From Azolla caroliniana (taxonomy: Eukaryota > Plantae > Polypodiophyta): DNA of 64,000 nucleotides. The notes under the pieces were generated by a model that did not search any database, was not told where the DNA came from, and saw only the letters and a list, made by a program, of their open reading frames with translations. Location: NCBI GenBank assembly GCA_043228905.1, contig JBHGNT010000004.1, positions 2,418,001 through 2,482,000 of the forward strand, written 5' to 3'. Position 1 is the first letter of the stretch, and each line of letters starts with the position of its first letter. Made by a program: the position numbers and the translations under genes. Below, piece by piece: positions 10,880 to 30,819 of the stretch.

Positions 10880-13715
10880 CCATAAAGTGGAGAATCTCGG
10901 CCCAATCGTCTTGTTAACTCAGAAAACACCGGAGATATTGTTCCAGCGTTTGGTTTGTTCGTTCCGCCTGCCCATCGCTCTGGGAATGGTAGCCGGAGGA
11001 GAGGTTGCAAGAGACCTTGAGCATCTTGAAAAGATGTTGCCAAAATTTGGAGACGAATTGAGGTCCTTGGTCACTAATGATACTGTCTGGCATGCCATGA
11101 TGCCGAAATACCTCACGCATGCCAAGGGCGGCGGTGTCCTCGCTAGTGATGGCCTTAGTACACGACACAAAATGTGCCATCTTAGTATATCGATCGACGA
11201 CGGTTAAGATAACATCGAACCCCTTCGAGACCGGCAGATCAGTGATAAAATCAAGACAAATAGACTGCCACGACTTACTTGGAATCGATAAGGGTTCCAA
11301 CAAGCCATATGGATGGTGTCGGGGCATCTTTGCTCGGCAGCAAGCATCACAAGTCCGAACGTAGTCTTCGACAAAACGTCGCATATGGGGCCACCAAAAA
11401 GATCGTTGAACAAGATCCAAACGAAATGTCCCGACGTATGGGTGTCATGACAATTTTGGACAATTTGAAGGCGACAGGAGCAATCGGGGACATATACAAG
11501 CTTTTTAAAGAATAACAAACCATCATGATATTCGAATTGTCGGTAGTCCATAGGTCTGGTTGTTGAGATTGCGAACAGGATGCCCGAGAGGTATCAATGT
11601 GCGCCAAAATGTCTTGATGTCTGTCTTCAAGTTCGCACATATGTAATCGGTAATCCGGGAATCCATTAGGGTGTGAAAAATCCGCGTTGTGTGCAATCGT
11701 GTTGGTCCCAAGATTACTTGCTTTTGATTATGAAACACTGGATCACGAGGACGAGGTGCAAGATATGAACGCCGTGATAACGCATCTGCTTTTCCTTGCT
11801 ACTTCCCCGGTCAATATGTGATTTTGAAGTCAAAACGCGTGAGGAATTGAGCCCACCGAGCTTGTCATCGATTTAGCACCCGAGCATTCTGGAAATAAGC
11901 AAGATTCTTGTGATCACTAAAGACGATGACCTGATGTGGAGAGCCCTCTAAGAAATGCCGCCATTGCACAAAGGAATCCACGATGGCTAATAACTCCTTG
12001 TCATGTATTTCGTAGTTGATTTCCGTTGCATCAAATTTGCGTGAATGGAAAGCCACAGGATGTAACTCTTCTTTATCTCCTTGTTGAGAAAGGATGCTAC
12101 CGAGGGCGAAATCCGATGCGTCGGCCTCCATGATGAATGGTTTGTTTGTATCCACATGAGCTAGAATAGGAGTTGATGTAAAGGCTTTCTTAAGATGTCG
12201 AAAAGCCATGTCCGCTTCATTGGACCAAAGAAATGCTTGTCCCTTCTTTGTAAGTTGTGTGAGAGGTAAAATAAACTTCGAGTAATCTTGTATAAACTTG
12301 CGGTAGAAGTTAGCAAAACCTAGAAAACATTGTACATCTCGTACCGACCGTGGAATTTGCCACTCTAGCACAGTTTGGACTTTAGCTGGATCCATGGAGA
12401 TGCCCTTTGAGGAGATGACGTAGCCTAGAAATTCCACTTGCTTGCAATCAAAGCTACATTTTTCTAGCTTGGCATAAAGACCATTCTCGCGGAGTCGTTT
12501 TCGTACTAATAGTACATGAGAATCATGCTCTTCCTGGGTCTTCGAATCAATCAATAGATCATCCAGATAGATGATCAAACAAATATCCAAGAGGTCTCTG
12601 AATATAACATTTGCCATGTGTTGGAAGACTGCGGGTGCATTGGTTAGACCGAACGGCATGACAGTATATTCGAAATGCCCATACCGCGCGCGAAAGGCGG
12701 TCTTCCATTCATCTCCCGGTCGGATCCGCACGAGGTTATATGCTCCTCGTAGATCGATTTTTGTAAAAAACTTGGCACCATTAACTCGCTCTAAAAGACT
12801 TGATATAAGAGGAAGTGCATACCTATTCAAGCCGCAGTAATCAACGACGAGACGAAGTGAGCCATCTTTCTTCTTGACAAAGAAGATGGGTGCACCAGCC
12901 AGAGATTTCGAATGACGAATAAACCCGCTTGCCAAGTTCTCCTCTATGTAGGCTCGAAGGACTTCTAACTCGGTGGGTGACAAGTTGTAAATCGGTCCCC
13001 ATGGTGGCTCTGCTCCTGGTTGTAAATCGATGGGACAATCATAGGGACGATGATGAGGAAGAGTACCGGCTTTTACCTTGTCAAATACATCGGCATAAGG
13101 ATGATATTTCGTCGGAAGTTGCACTAAGGATTCCTCCTTAATAGTGATGGAAGGATGTACTAATATTGCAAATAGGAACATTGCCTCCTTGTGTCCTTCT
13201 TCGCGTAATTGACGTAGTGAAATGGTCGAAACTCGATGAGTAGATTCTTGGGGTTGTCGATGTCCGACTTCTCTTGTTCTCCAATCTATGTCTGGATTAT
13301 GTAATTCAAACCAAGGTAATCCCATGACAATGGGATGCTCTGGACTACTAATTATATTAAATGCTACTACACACACAAAACTACCTAGGACAACTTGAAT
13401 GGGTTCTGACTCTTCTACAATATTCCCGGAAGCAATGGGACGACCATCAATGACTACTATAGATGTGGGGCAAGGAAGTTTTCTTAAGGATATCTGAGAA
13501 GCTCGGGCAAAATTTCGATCCATGAAACAGGAATTAGCTCCGGAATCTAGAAGTCCTAGGACGTGTACTGGGGGAGTACTTTTAGTACTAACCATGACTT
13601 GGGCTAGGAACACATAGCTAACTTGCTTGGAGGGAATGGAACCACTAATGGGTTGTACAGATCTAGGGCTGTCCAACCAAACGGCTCCTATTTTGGCTGG
13701 ACTCAATCGTTTAAC
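10880..13715 (-). pseudogene. pol: pol of element 1 (protease, RT, RNase H, integrase), disrupted
   Basis: LLDSGA protease; RT with KIDLRGAYN, MPFGLTNAPA and YLDD; RNase H with EADASD and YEIHDKELLAI; integrase zinc-binding region and ICLDFI..DGQAERTNQTLEQYLR. A stop at 11865, frameshifts and a small RT deletion are present. Confidence 0.92.
13671..13715 (-). promoter_or_regulatory. Predicted -1 ribosomal frameshift signal (gag-pol)
   Basis: G TTA AAC in the gag frame, a 6-nt spacer, then an 11-bp stem GTCCAGCCAAA/TTTGGTTGGAC. pol is in the -1 frame. Confidence 0.7.
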
Positions 13716-14851
13716 TCTTCATCTAATTGACTAAGGATTTCAAATTTGTTTGAGATACTTGGGCTATTAGTACTATTAATACTATCATACACTCCTAAGG
13801 GAAGAATTGACTCAGGTTTAGTACAGGCTACGATTTGATTTACCTATCTTCTTGGCCTATGGGAACAATTGATTGCGATATGCCCTGGTCCACCGCAATA
13901 AAGACATAATCGATTTTCACGTCGTTGTTGCTTTTCTTCTTCCGATAACGGGCCACGTTGAGGCATGGTGTCGATCTCCATCGGTGTCAGAGTATTTGCT
14001 TGAGGTATGTCTCGTGCAAACGGTTTAGCCGCGACTGAGGCATAAGTGGGCTCCGGCCTAGAGCGTGGTATTTGTAATTGACCTTCCGAACGCCGTTCGA
14101 AAAGGCGGTTGTCGCATCGGACCGCTCGACTGATTGCCTCCGTAAGAGACTTTGGTTCTTCGGGGAAGGCTAGAAGTAGACCTTTGACATCGTTTCGCAG
14201 GCTGTAGCGAAACTACTCCATTAGTGCCTGATCATCCCAGGGGATATCTGAAGCGAGTAGACGGAAATCCGTCGCGTAGGCAGAGGCTGGACGATCGCCT
14301 TGACGCAATCGTCGGATTTTGTTGATCACCGTCCGGATGTTGTCTGTATCTCCAAAGCAAGCTTTAAACTCACTAATAAAGTCTTCAAAGTTATTAAGTA
14401 AGGGCGATTGCTTTTCCAGAAGCAGAGCAAACCATGCCAAAGTTGAGCCGCTAAGCAACGTGCCTATTAGGCCAACTCGGGATGCATCAGTGGGGTATCG
14501 AGAAGGATGCATTTGAATGACTAAGCGTACCTGATTGAGGAATCCCCTAAATTGCGATCACATTCCATCAAATTTCACAGGAAGTCCAATCTTGGGCTCT
14601 TTATGAAATCCTTGGGGACTTGATCCTTATTGTTGCAATGTTGCTTCGAGTTGTTGCACATGTACCGCTAACTCCCCATGTTGCTGTTGCAACTCCCCAT
14701 GTTGTTGCTGCGTTTACTGTTTTTCTAGGGCGATTTGTTGAAGATCCCCTAACAACCGTTGGTTTTCTTGTTCCAAGGCAACAAAATTTTCTTTTAGACA
14801 CTGTAGCTCGGAGAAAACGGATTGGTATTCTTGGGCGCTAACAGAAGCCAT
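13703..14851 (-). pseudogene. gag: gag of element 1 with CCHC zinc knuckle, internal stops
   Basis: MASVSAQEYQ..EPKIGLPVKFDG..RLRQGDRPASAYATDFRLLA..CLYCGGPGHIAINC, ending DEELND* at 13703. Confidence 0.88.
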
Positions 14852-14919
14852 TGTATAGAAAAAGGATAAGAGGATGAGGGAAACAAAAGAAAGACTAGAG
14901 AGGCAAAATTGGTTCAAAC

Positions 14920-15028
14920 TGTTAGGAATAGTACTAAAACAGAGAGAGAATTAGTACTAGAGAAGGGAAGTATTATTAGTACTAAGGGGACGGGACTGCG
15001 TAAGACTCCCCAGAGGGAGGAAAGAGAC

Positions 15029-15063
<35 letters not shown>

Positions 15064-15299
15064 GATAACAGATGATATATTATAGGAAGAGTAAGTACAA
15101 GATGACTATGAGGCTTAAGACTGGCGTTGAACCAATTTGGTTCAACATAATGCCTAGTGCCTTCTTTTATAGTGTTCTCAGGAGAAATCCTGAAGCTTCT
15201 AGAATGTTCCAGAGAAATCTGGAATATACATTAATTTCCTATATTAAAACTTAAATCAAAATAATATGCTACGTACTCGACTCTTGCCATATCATGACA
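14920..15299 (-). repeat. 5' LTR of Gypsy element 1
   Basis: Reads TGTTAGGAATAG...ATCATGACA on +. It lacks ~60 bp of the tRNA-like segment present in the other LTR. Confidence 0.92.
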
Positions 15300-18200
15300 G
15301 TGAGAAGTGTGCCAACAAGTTGGCCCATGTAGTTGTCAATTCAATCTTCGTGGATAGAACCAAGAGCATGATATGGAACTCATCCCTTCTCGAGCGGGTC
15401 AAAGTGTTCTTTTGGTTAATCACCCATCGAGTTGTTCCAACGGGAGATAATCCTTCTTTGGCCACTGAATCGGCTTCATGGTTTCAAGGAAGGAATGGAA
15501 ATAGTCCTTCTTTAAAGGTGATGCAAGGAACTGTACAACCAGCGCAAGGAGGTTCATTCTTCTTACATGAATGCTACGTGGACATGTGGTTATTAGTGGT
15601 CGGCCTTACGGTTTGGCAAGTGTGGGTATCTAGGTGCAAGGAGACTTTCGCAGGTAAGCGAACCCCACCGGCTGAGAATTTAATGATGATCTGGTTTAAT
15701 CTTATTTCTACGTTACAAGGAGAGTTTGAAAGTCTTCAAGGGCCCTCTGACGCAAGTGAAGAAGCTAGAGTTCGGTTCCTTCTAAAATGGAGCAGTTCAT
15801 CAATGTTGCAGATGGTGGATGGTAAAGCGAAGTGGAATTATCAACCACCACAGTGGTTGTTCCCTCCGAGTGTACCTAACATCTAGATGGGTGTTGCCAT
15901 GAGAAGTGAATGGAGGACGTATATGTTGAATTAGGGTTGTATGAGGCTCACATGGAGAGTATGCGTTTGGGTAATGCTATGCGCATCGAATGATGTGGTG
16001 TTTTGGAGTTGTTTTTGTTGTTTCCTCTACACATATTGTTTTCTTTTGACATGCAAGATGGCTTGTAAGATATGAGTTGTAAATTATCCTATGTACATTG
16101 CCTTAACTAAAGGAAGTAGTTTTTTTATTTGGAAAAAAGAAAATTAAAAGCTTTTAGAATTGGTGGTGGTGGTGGTGGTGAATGTCTTTGACACAAACTT
16201 TATGAGAATCCAAAATAATGAGATACATAACATTGAGGTATACACCTGAATTGGATGGAGTAACTAAACAGAAAATCCACATTTCTTAAGGTTTTATGAG
16301 AGCCATGATATTTGAAATGAATGTTATAAAGGTGTTTTGGGCATATGCATGTCATTATGTACTGATAGTGCATGACATTTGGCATGCATGATTGTAAACC
16401 CATTAAAACCCCAATGGAAATAATTGGAAATCCTGAGGTATTAATGTTTTATTGATTTTGCAAAGAGATATTAACAAATAGTAGGAAAGTTTATTGATCT
16501 TATCATTTGAACTCGAGATATTGCATATGTTGTTAGCATTGTCATCAAATCCATGCAAGCACCTACACATGCACACATGGTTGTAGTTCAAAAGGATATA
16601 TCAATATGTCAAAGACAAGATCATCTTTGGCTTGATGTATACTATTACCAACAATACATTGTCCTTGTTGTTACATCGTGATGTAAATTGGGCATTAAGA
16701 AACACAAGTGGATTGACAATATGTCAATCTGATGTTAAGATCCTTCTCTATTTATGTTTGATCAACCTTCTTTTAAAAATATAACCCCATTCTTTTAGCT
16801 AGTGGAGTGATTTGTCATGTTAGTTACCTTAAAAACGAGACCAACTAGAAGGATCCTTTTCGCGGCCAACTTCTTAGAGGGAGTGTGGCCATTTAGCCCA
16901 TGGAAGTTTAAAGCACTAAGAGGTATGTGAAAACCCTTAGATGTTTTGGGTTGCAAGGGCACTATACCTATGAATTCAATGAGTTTACCATCAAGAGTGA
17001 TAGGTATAGATAACATTGAGTGTGCAGCCACCATTATATACATTTCATTCTATTACTATTCCAACATCCATATTACAGCATTCTATTGATTTTTGGATTA
17101 CATCAACTAAGACGGATGCATTTTGATCTTATGATGTTCAAGAATATATCTCACAACACACATGCACAAATCAACAACCAATACATTTAGGTGCATGAAA
17201 GTTATTGAAAATCATTAAGAGTAAGATACAACAGACTTTTCGAACATGCGTCCCATTAGTCTAGGTAATGATAATAAATTTCACTATTGTGCAAAGACCA
17301 TTACAACAATATACTTAAATGCACCAAGTAAATGGCTCAAAGTAAATTGCTAGTTGTTTAGTCAATAAAGTCAAATCACTCAAATGTCAGCAATTCGTTG
17401 GATCCATTGGATATACTTAATGTAAAGTGGGCAAGTATTTTAATGCACTACCCAAAATAGTGACAAGCTTATTTGGTAGTAGCAGATGAGTAACTAGCCA
17501 TTGCGTTTACGGCTCAAGCATTTGCATTTATGTTAAATTTATCACTCTGTACTTGTTTGTATCCATTACCCATGCAAATCATTTCAGATCCCGATCAATA
17601 TTCAACGCCAATTTTAGTTAACAAAGTTCAAAAGGATCAGATGCTTTGGAATATTAATATGTAACCTATTGATCTCCAATGACATAAAACATTGGCCACC
17701 AAATACAAAGATACAAATGGAACAATCACAGAAAATCCAACACACTTCATTGGGAGCACAACGAATCAATGATGACAAGGAACATCTTGAATAGCTCGGC
17801 CCTTGAAAATAGCAATTATTCTAATGTTGTACTTGAGAATATCAAGCATGCTCATAGCCCTTCATTTAAGTCGACCAAGATTTAATTAACTGGAACATGA
17901 GTAGGAGCATTAGATTCATAGGCTAAATATGGATCTTTCCACAACTAAGGATACAACTCTACAGCGAGAAATAAGGCACAAAAATTTCTTAAATCCTTTC
18001 CTGGGAACCTCATTTTTGGCAAAAGAAAAATACCTTCAAAAAGTATATAGATGGATAGAAAGACAGTGAGGTTTATTTTTAGTTCATGAAACATATACCT
18101 CATGACACGAAACAACTCACAAATAACAAAAGCAAAGGATTTATCATTCAATCAATTAAAGAGGAAAAGTCTACCTATATTCTATCAACTCCCACAAACG

Positions 18201-18658
18201 ATTTCAATTTCAACCCAATTTCCTATATTCTATCAAAACTCTCATAAACAATATACAAAATTTACCAAGTTGGCAAACATTCCCCTTGATGAAGGTTAGC
18301 TCGTTATCCATTTAGATATGCCTCTTCCCTATCAGACAGACTAAAAAACTCAGCATAAAACTAGTGGGTGGGCGGCCACTGAATAAAAACTCATAGAATA
18401 ATCATATAAATGCAATTAACATCCAACAATGGATTCTCTATCCCTTCTTGCCGAAGGAAGAAACAAAGAAAAAACTCTTATTCCCATGTCTAGCAAATTG
18501 ACCGGAACATTTGGCATTGAATGAACCTACAAATCAAAATTAATATCAGATTTTCTCATTCGATACATTTTTTATCCCTCTTTCAGAGGATTTTAGTAAG
18601 AACTGAAGAAATTATTGAAGCTCTTATCCTGAAGAAATATTGAAACTTAATTGGGGAA

Positions 18659-25940
<7,282 letters not shown>

Positions 25941-26315
25941 AATCCCTCTATGTCTCTCTCTCTCTCTGCCTACCTCTGTCTAAAACCCCAAAAGATTTTG
26001 CTCTTCTTCACACTGTTATTCTCTTTTCCTTTAAAACTCTTCGCCCTCTTCTCCTCCTAAATTCTTCACCGTCTTGTCGTTCTTAAGCACTTCACTGTAC
26101 TTCTCCTCCTGATAGTATCCCTGTATTTCTCCACACCTTCTGAGCTCTTGGAACAATCAGCACAAAAATCGCTTTTCTTTTCCTTCTATTATTAATCTTC
26201 TTCTTTTACATGCACTCAAAACGCCTCCAAAATCTCTCTATAGTACGATCAAATCATTACTGCATAAAAACAAGATAACAGGGGAAAAACCCAAGATTAA
26301 CAAGAAGACGATCCA

Positions 26316-26318
<3 letters not shown>

Positions 26319-26381
<63 letters not shown>
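26319..26381. repeat. (ATC)n microsatellite upstream of UKL
   Basis: About 21 perfect ATC units. Confidence 0.95.
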
Positions 26382-28644
26382 GTTGGAATTAATATAAAAA
26401 CAGATAAAAAAACGATCAGAAGAAGGAAAAGCAGAACGGTGGAAAATAAGATAGACAATCAATAAAGTCATACATACATGAGGATAGAGAAGCAAAGCTT
26501 GCCTGTTGCAGACTGATTAGGATTAGGATCAGGGTCAGGGTGTCTGAGATAGCGCCATTAGTAGGTGGATACAAAAGGATGTAAGATCAGTTTTGCTTGT
26601 TGCAGAAGGATCGGGATTAGGGTTTCTGATTTAACGCCATCGATGCTGACTGAGGTTGGGAAGCAGATATTCTTCTTCTTCTTCTTCTTCTTCTTCTTTT
26701 CCACCATCTCTCGATCTAAATATATTTTGCATTTCTGATCTTCTAATTTTATTTTTATTCTTCTTCTGCTATTTTGGCTTTGCTTTTTTTTCTTTTCCTT
26801 TTTCTTTTGCTTTTGCGTTTCTCTTTTGCTTTTGCTTTTGCTTTCCTGTTTTTCGTTTTCTTTTTCATTTTCGCTTTTCTCTTTTTCTTTTCCTTTTTCT
26901 TTTTCTTTTCCGTGGATCCATACGTCTTCCTTCCTTTTTGCTTTTTGCTTTTTGCTTTTTGCTTTTTCTTTCTTCAAAAGCAAAACATTTAGAGCAAATA
27001 TGTAAATATACACACTTCACTGCCTTGTCTTCTCTTTGCTTCTGCCTTCATTTTTATATATATACATACTGATACATGCATCTGGTCACATGATTTGGTG
27101 AAGCCCAACACCTTACCCACCACGATGAAATTGTGAAATGAACATGCACTAACAAGATTGGATCGTCGAGTAACTCATCGAGATAGTAGTCACTCTAGCT
27201 GTTAATGCATGTCCATACATACAACATAGCGTCGTGCTTCACTCGGAAGTCAATGGGGAGATCTCGGGACATTCTTTGCATTTAGCTATGTAATGATTTA
27301 ACATTGTTCAATGTCTAAAGCACCACTCCCATAAAAAAATATATCATTTATATTTTACTCAAAGTAAGCAATAAAATTATAAATATAAATATGGTTTGGC
27401 CATTTGATACTTGGGGAACTCCGAAATCACGTTCCCTCTAAGTTTTGTTATCAACAATTTCGTTAACCACGTGGAATACAAAACGAAAATGGGGGGTACA
27501 ACATAAAGTTACTTAACTAGCTAATATAACTTAGAAATGGGGGATGAATTGATCATACCAGTTCTAAACGAAGACCCATATATATTATGTAGCTTCACTA
27601 AACCACAATATAGTTGCTCATAAGTGATTGCCGAATGATATTTGCAAATTATTAAGGACGAAAACTTGAGTGTGAATCTTTCCCACCAAATGGAAGGTGT
27701 TGATCGATAATAATAGAACTTGAGAGCAAGATTGTGAGAAAATTGAGAGATTTCAAGAATGGAGAACTAAATAGACATCACCTTATTATTAGGTTTGGAA
27801 GAATATATTGACGGGCTACTAGAAAGTGCATCTTCACATTATCAAAATAATTACAAACTAGTAGATAACATTGTAAACTAGGTGAGCAATCGATGGCTAA
27901 TGAAAATCAAGTTCGATTTATTTCCACTCCCACCAAATGCATGTCAAATATCTAGAAAATACTTGGGCAACTAAAGATGGTGTAAGCCCATCTTATCAGG
28001 AGTCTAAATGTTTGTGTGCATGATCCCAAATGAACCCACAAACTTGTTTTTATGGCATTTGTGCTTATACATCATCTTATTGTGGTTATGTGAGCAAAAG
28101 AGCTTATATATTCAAGAGGAAGTTGCTTAAGAATCCCAAGCCATTGGCATTAATGTTTATACTTCAATTTATTATGTGGTTATGTGAGCAAAAAAGCTTG
28201 TAGATTCAAGAGTAAATTTGAGGCTCGTTCATCCTTGCCACTCTCTTAGATGTCTTCTTGGATAGTATGTCATCGTCTTCTTTCGCAAGAGTGTCAACCA
28301 ATGGTGGTGTTAAAAGCTTTGTAACTTAGTTTTCAATGTGCATTATTATCTTAAGACGAGTCATAATTATGGTATTATGAAAGCTTTCTACTTAGGCAAA
28401 AATCTACAATTGTCTTCCAAAAGCTTGTCCATTTTTTTCTTAGTGGTTGTGGTCACATGGCACCCTTCTACTTAATAGAAGAGTAACTCTTATTAGGAGC
28501 TTTAAGCGAGAAGGATATTAATACACCACTTCAAAAACAAAAAATGGCATTCTAAAGAGGGAGCTAGTAACCATCTTATAAGTAAATATGAATATTGTAA
28601 GGCAAATTCAAAATTGTAGATTGTTTTTAGTATAGGAGCAAATC

Positions 28645-28914
28645 CGATTGACAATGACAATGTTGTCATTGTTGATGCTTTTTGTTGTTATTATTGTAAT
28701 TCTTGTAGTATCTTTTGTTGTTGTTGTTTTGTGATGGTTGGGTTGTTTTCCATCTCCCCTCATTCCCTTGTTCAATGACAATGACAATGACAATGTTGTC
28801 GTTGTTGATGCTTTTTGTGGTTGTTATTGTAATTCTTGTAGTGTCTTTTGTTGTTGTTGTTGTTGTTGTTTTGTGATGGTTGGGTTGTTTGCCATCTCCC
28901 CTCATTCCCTTGTT
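28645..28914. repeat. Degenerate tandem duplication (~135-bp unit) rich in (TTG)n/(GACAAT)n
   Basis: Two copies of GACAATG..TTGATGCTTTTTG..TGTAATTCTTGTAGT..GTGATGGTTGGGTTGTTT.CCATCTCCCCTCATTCCCTTGTTCA. Confidence 0.85.
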
Positions 28915-30819
28915 CACACCAGGTTCATGAAAAAGATATCATGAGTTTCCACGAGTAGGTGTGAACAAGCAGACCCATATCACGTCTTGAGCAGGGTGGG
29001 GCGAGAGTAGTTTTGCACAACAGAACATGCTCTACACTATGTGTGTGTGTGAAAGGAGGAAGGACCAACTCCACACCCCCATTGGTGGCACCCATAGTAG
29101 ATCCGATTTGTATGCTCATCGAGTCACATGGCAAAAGGCTAGTCTACGAGGTAGAGGCGAAAACAAAGTCGCCATGCCATTTGAAGCAACATGGGCTCCT
29201 AGATAGAACCGAGGGCACGTCTTTGTCTTGTCTCAATGCATGGCTGAGGTAGAAATGTGGCCTCTCCAAGTGGGGGTAGAAACCATACATATATATATAT
29301 AAGAATGAGGCAGTCTTGAGTGCCATGACATGATCATGCTTTGTGTCCCTAACCTAGGAGTGGAGGAACAGAAGTAACAACTCCTCCATCTCAGCTAGCA
29401 AGGGCTACACAGGAGGTAGGGAGGCCAGAGAAAATATCGCACAAACCTCCATTTTAGACCACGAATGAGCATCGGGCCCGACAAGTTCACATGCAAGCAC
29501 ATGATCAAGGAACACGACTCGTGCAGGATTGAGGCGGAGTGGAACAAGAACTAAGGACCACCATGAATGAGAAACCCTATAGCCTGCAATCCCCCAACTG
29601 ACTGATCGATCAATCCATGGGTTGGTGGCAGCTTGGGGTGATTCCCATTGTTTTGGGAGGACAAGCATACTAGACAACTACTTAAAAACTCATTCCCAAC
29701 CCATAGAAAAGGCCAACCAACAATACACCAGGTACAAAGTGGAGACAAAAGAGAGAACCTTTTATGTGCGATCATGGAAAGGGGGGGGTCACAACAACAT
29801 TGACACCATGGTAAGTGTGAACTCCCAAAGCTTTTTTGTTGCTTTCCCCAAGTTGAACCAGAAGATATGATTTCAGCAATGTCTCGCAATCGGGTTCTTC
29901 GTCATGTTCTCATTGCTCAAGGAGGCGAGTTTTCTTCATATAATCTAGTTTTATTGTCCTTAGAGTGCTTATCTTGCCATGAAGATTCTTTATATTATAG
30001 TGGTGCTCGGCGCTCGCACAAGGTTCGTTGGTATTGTCTAGTTGTCGTGATATGGTAAAAGTAATTGAAGTACGAGAAAGAATACATTATTTGGTGGTTC
30101 TCTGAATACACCTAGGTTCAATCAAAAATTGATTTGGCAGATCTCATTATTGAGCTCTACCGATACCTTTTCATAAGAGTATGAGAAACAAGTTATTATT
30201 TGATGGTTCCCCATCAAGTACAACTACATATACCTAGGCTAACTAGAATATTGATTCGATCGATCTCTTGTGGTGCTTATTTATTTTTGCATACATGCTA
30301 CTTTTACAAAAGAGAGACAAAGGGACATGGTGTACTATTGCAAATATGATACAAAAACACGAAGTGTTGACATATGGATAATGTATGAGATGACATTTAA
30401 GACAGAGATTGAAACATAATGAGTCAAAATAATGATGTTGTAAATTTATTGTCCTATGAAGAAAGCGAAAATGTTTGCTCGAAAGTGCACTTATTACATT
30501 TATCCGCAAAATTTTAAGTCTATGCTAGAATGTTATGATTCTAGTCAAAATTTAGATTCTCCCGTAAAATTTAGCCTTTACAAACTCTTTTCAAAGTTGG
30601 GGTACTTCAAATGATACATTGCGAGGTCAAACTAAAAAACTAAATAAGTGGATCCACCAATAAACTACAAGCTATAGAAACTTAAAAGAAATGACTTCTT
30701 CTTAGACAAGCTTATTCTTGATCTATTGTGCAAAATAAATATGATATCTATTTGAGACAGCGAAGATCATTGCATTTGAAAGAATAACAAGGCCTTCATC
30801 TTGTACTTATGATGGACTT

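Larger units (their letters stand above)
10424..15299 (-). mobile_element. Ty3/Gypsy LTR retrotransposon 1 (Tf1/sushi/Tcn1-like), defective
   Basis: LTRs at 10424-10873 and 14920-15299, roughly 95% identical by eye. TSD is ATGAG/GTGAG. Domain order is gag-PR-RT-RH-IN. In-frame stops are present, and the integrase C-terminus is deleted up to the PPT. Confidence 0.95.
10240..16143 (+). mobile_element. 5'-truncated LINE (L1-like ORF2 C-terminus, zf-RVT region), split by Gypsy element 1
   Basis: PLECLEWDP..GFFEYSKHLGR (10244-10423) continues as IWNSSLLERVKVFFWLITHRVVPTGD..WQVWVSRC..KWNYQPPQWLFP (15300-15886). The 3' end is TAACTAAAGGAAGTAG-Tn-GG-An. Homologous to 35600-39458. Confidence 0.75.
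9560..16885 (+). mobile_element. Highly decayed Ty1/Copia remnant, interrupted by a LINE and a Gypsy element
   Basis: Integrase-like LFIDDFSCVIWIYLMKNKGNVFPK at ~10120-10190. It resumes after 16143 as KIKAFRIGGGG.GE and LRYTPELDGV. A PPT-like GAGGGAG lies at ~16877. Outer boundaries are approximate. Confidence 0.55.

Noticed and set aside
26558-27072. Lys/Glu-rich and Phe-rich ORFs upstream of UKL
   Set aside because: They are translations of a low-complexity T-rich pyrimidine tract, with no domain or splice support.
27400-28560. Possible decayed TE coding sequence
   Set aside because: No recognisable conserved motif could be read with confidence.
28911-30100. Possible LTR or other TE (GC-richer block with a TATA-like run)
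   Set aside because: I could not establish terminal repeats, a TSD or coding motifs.
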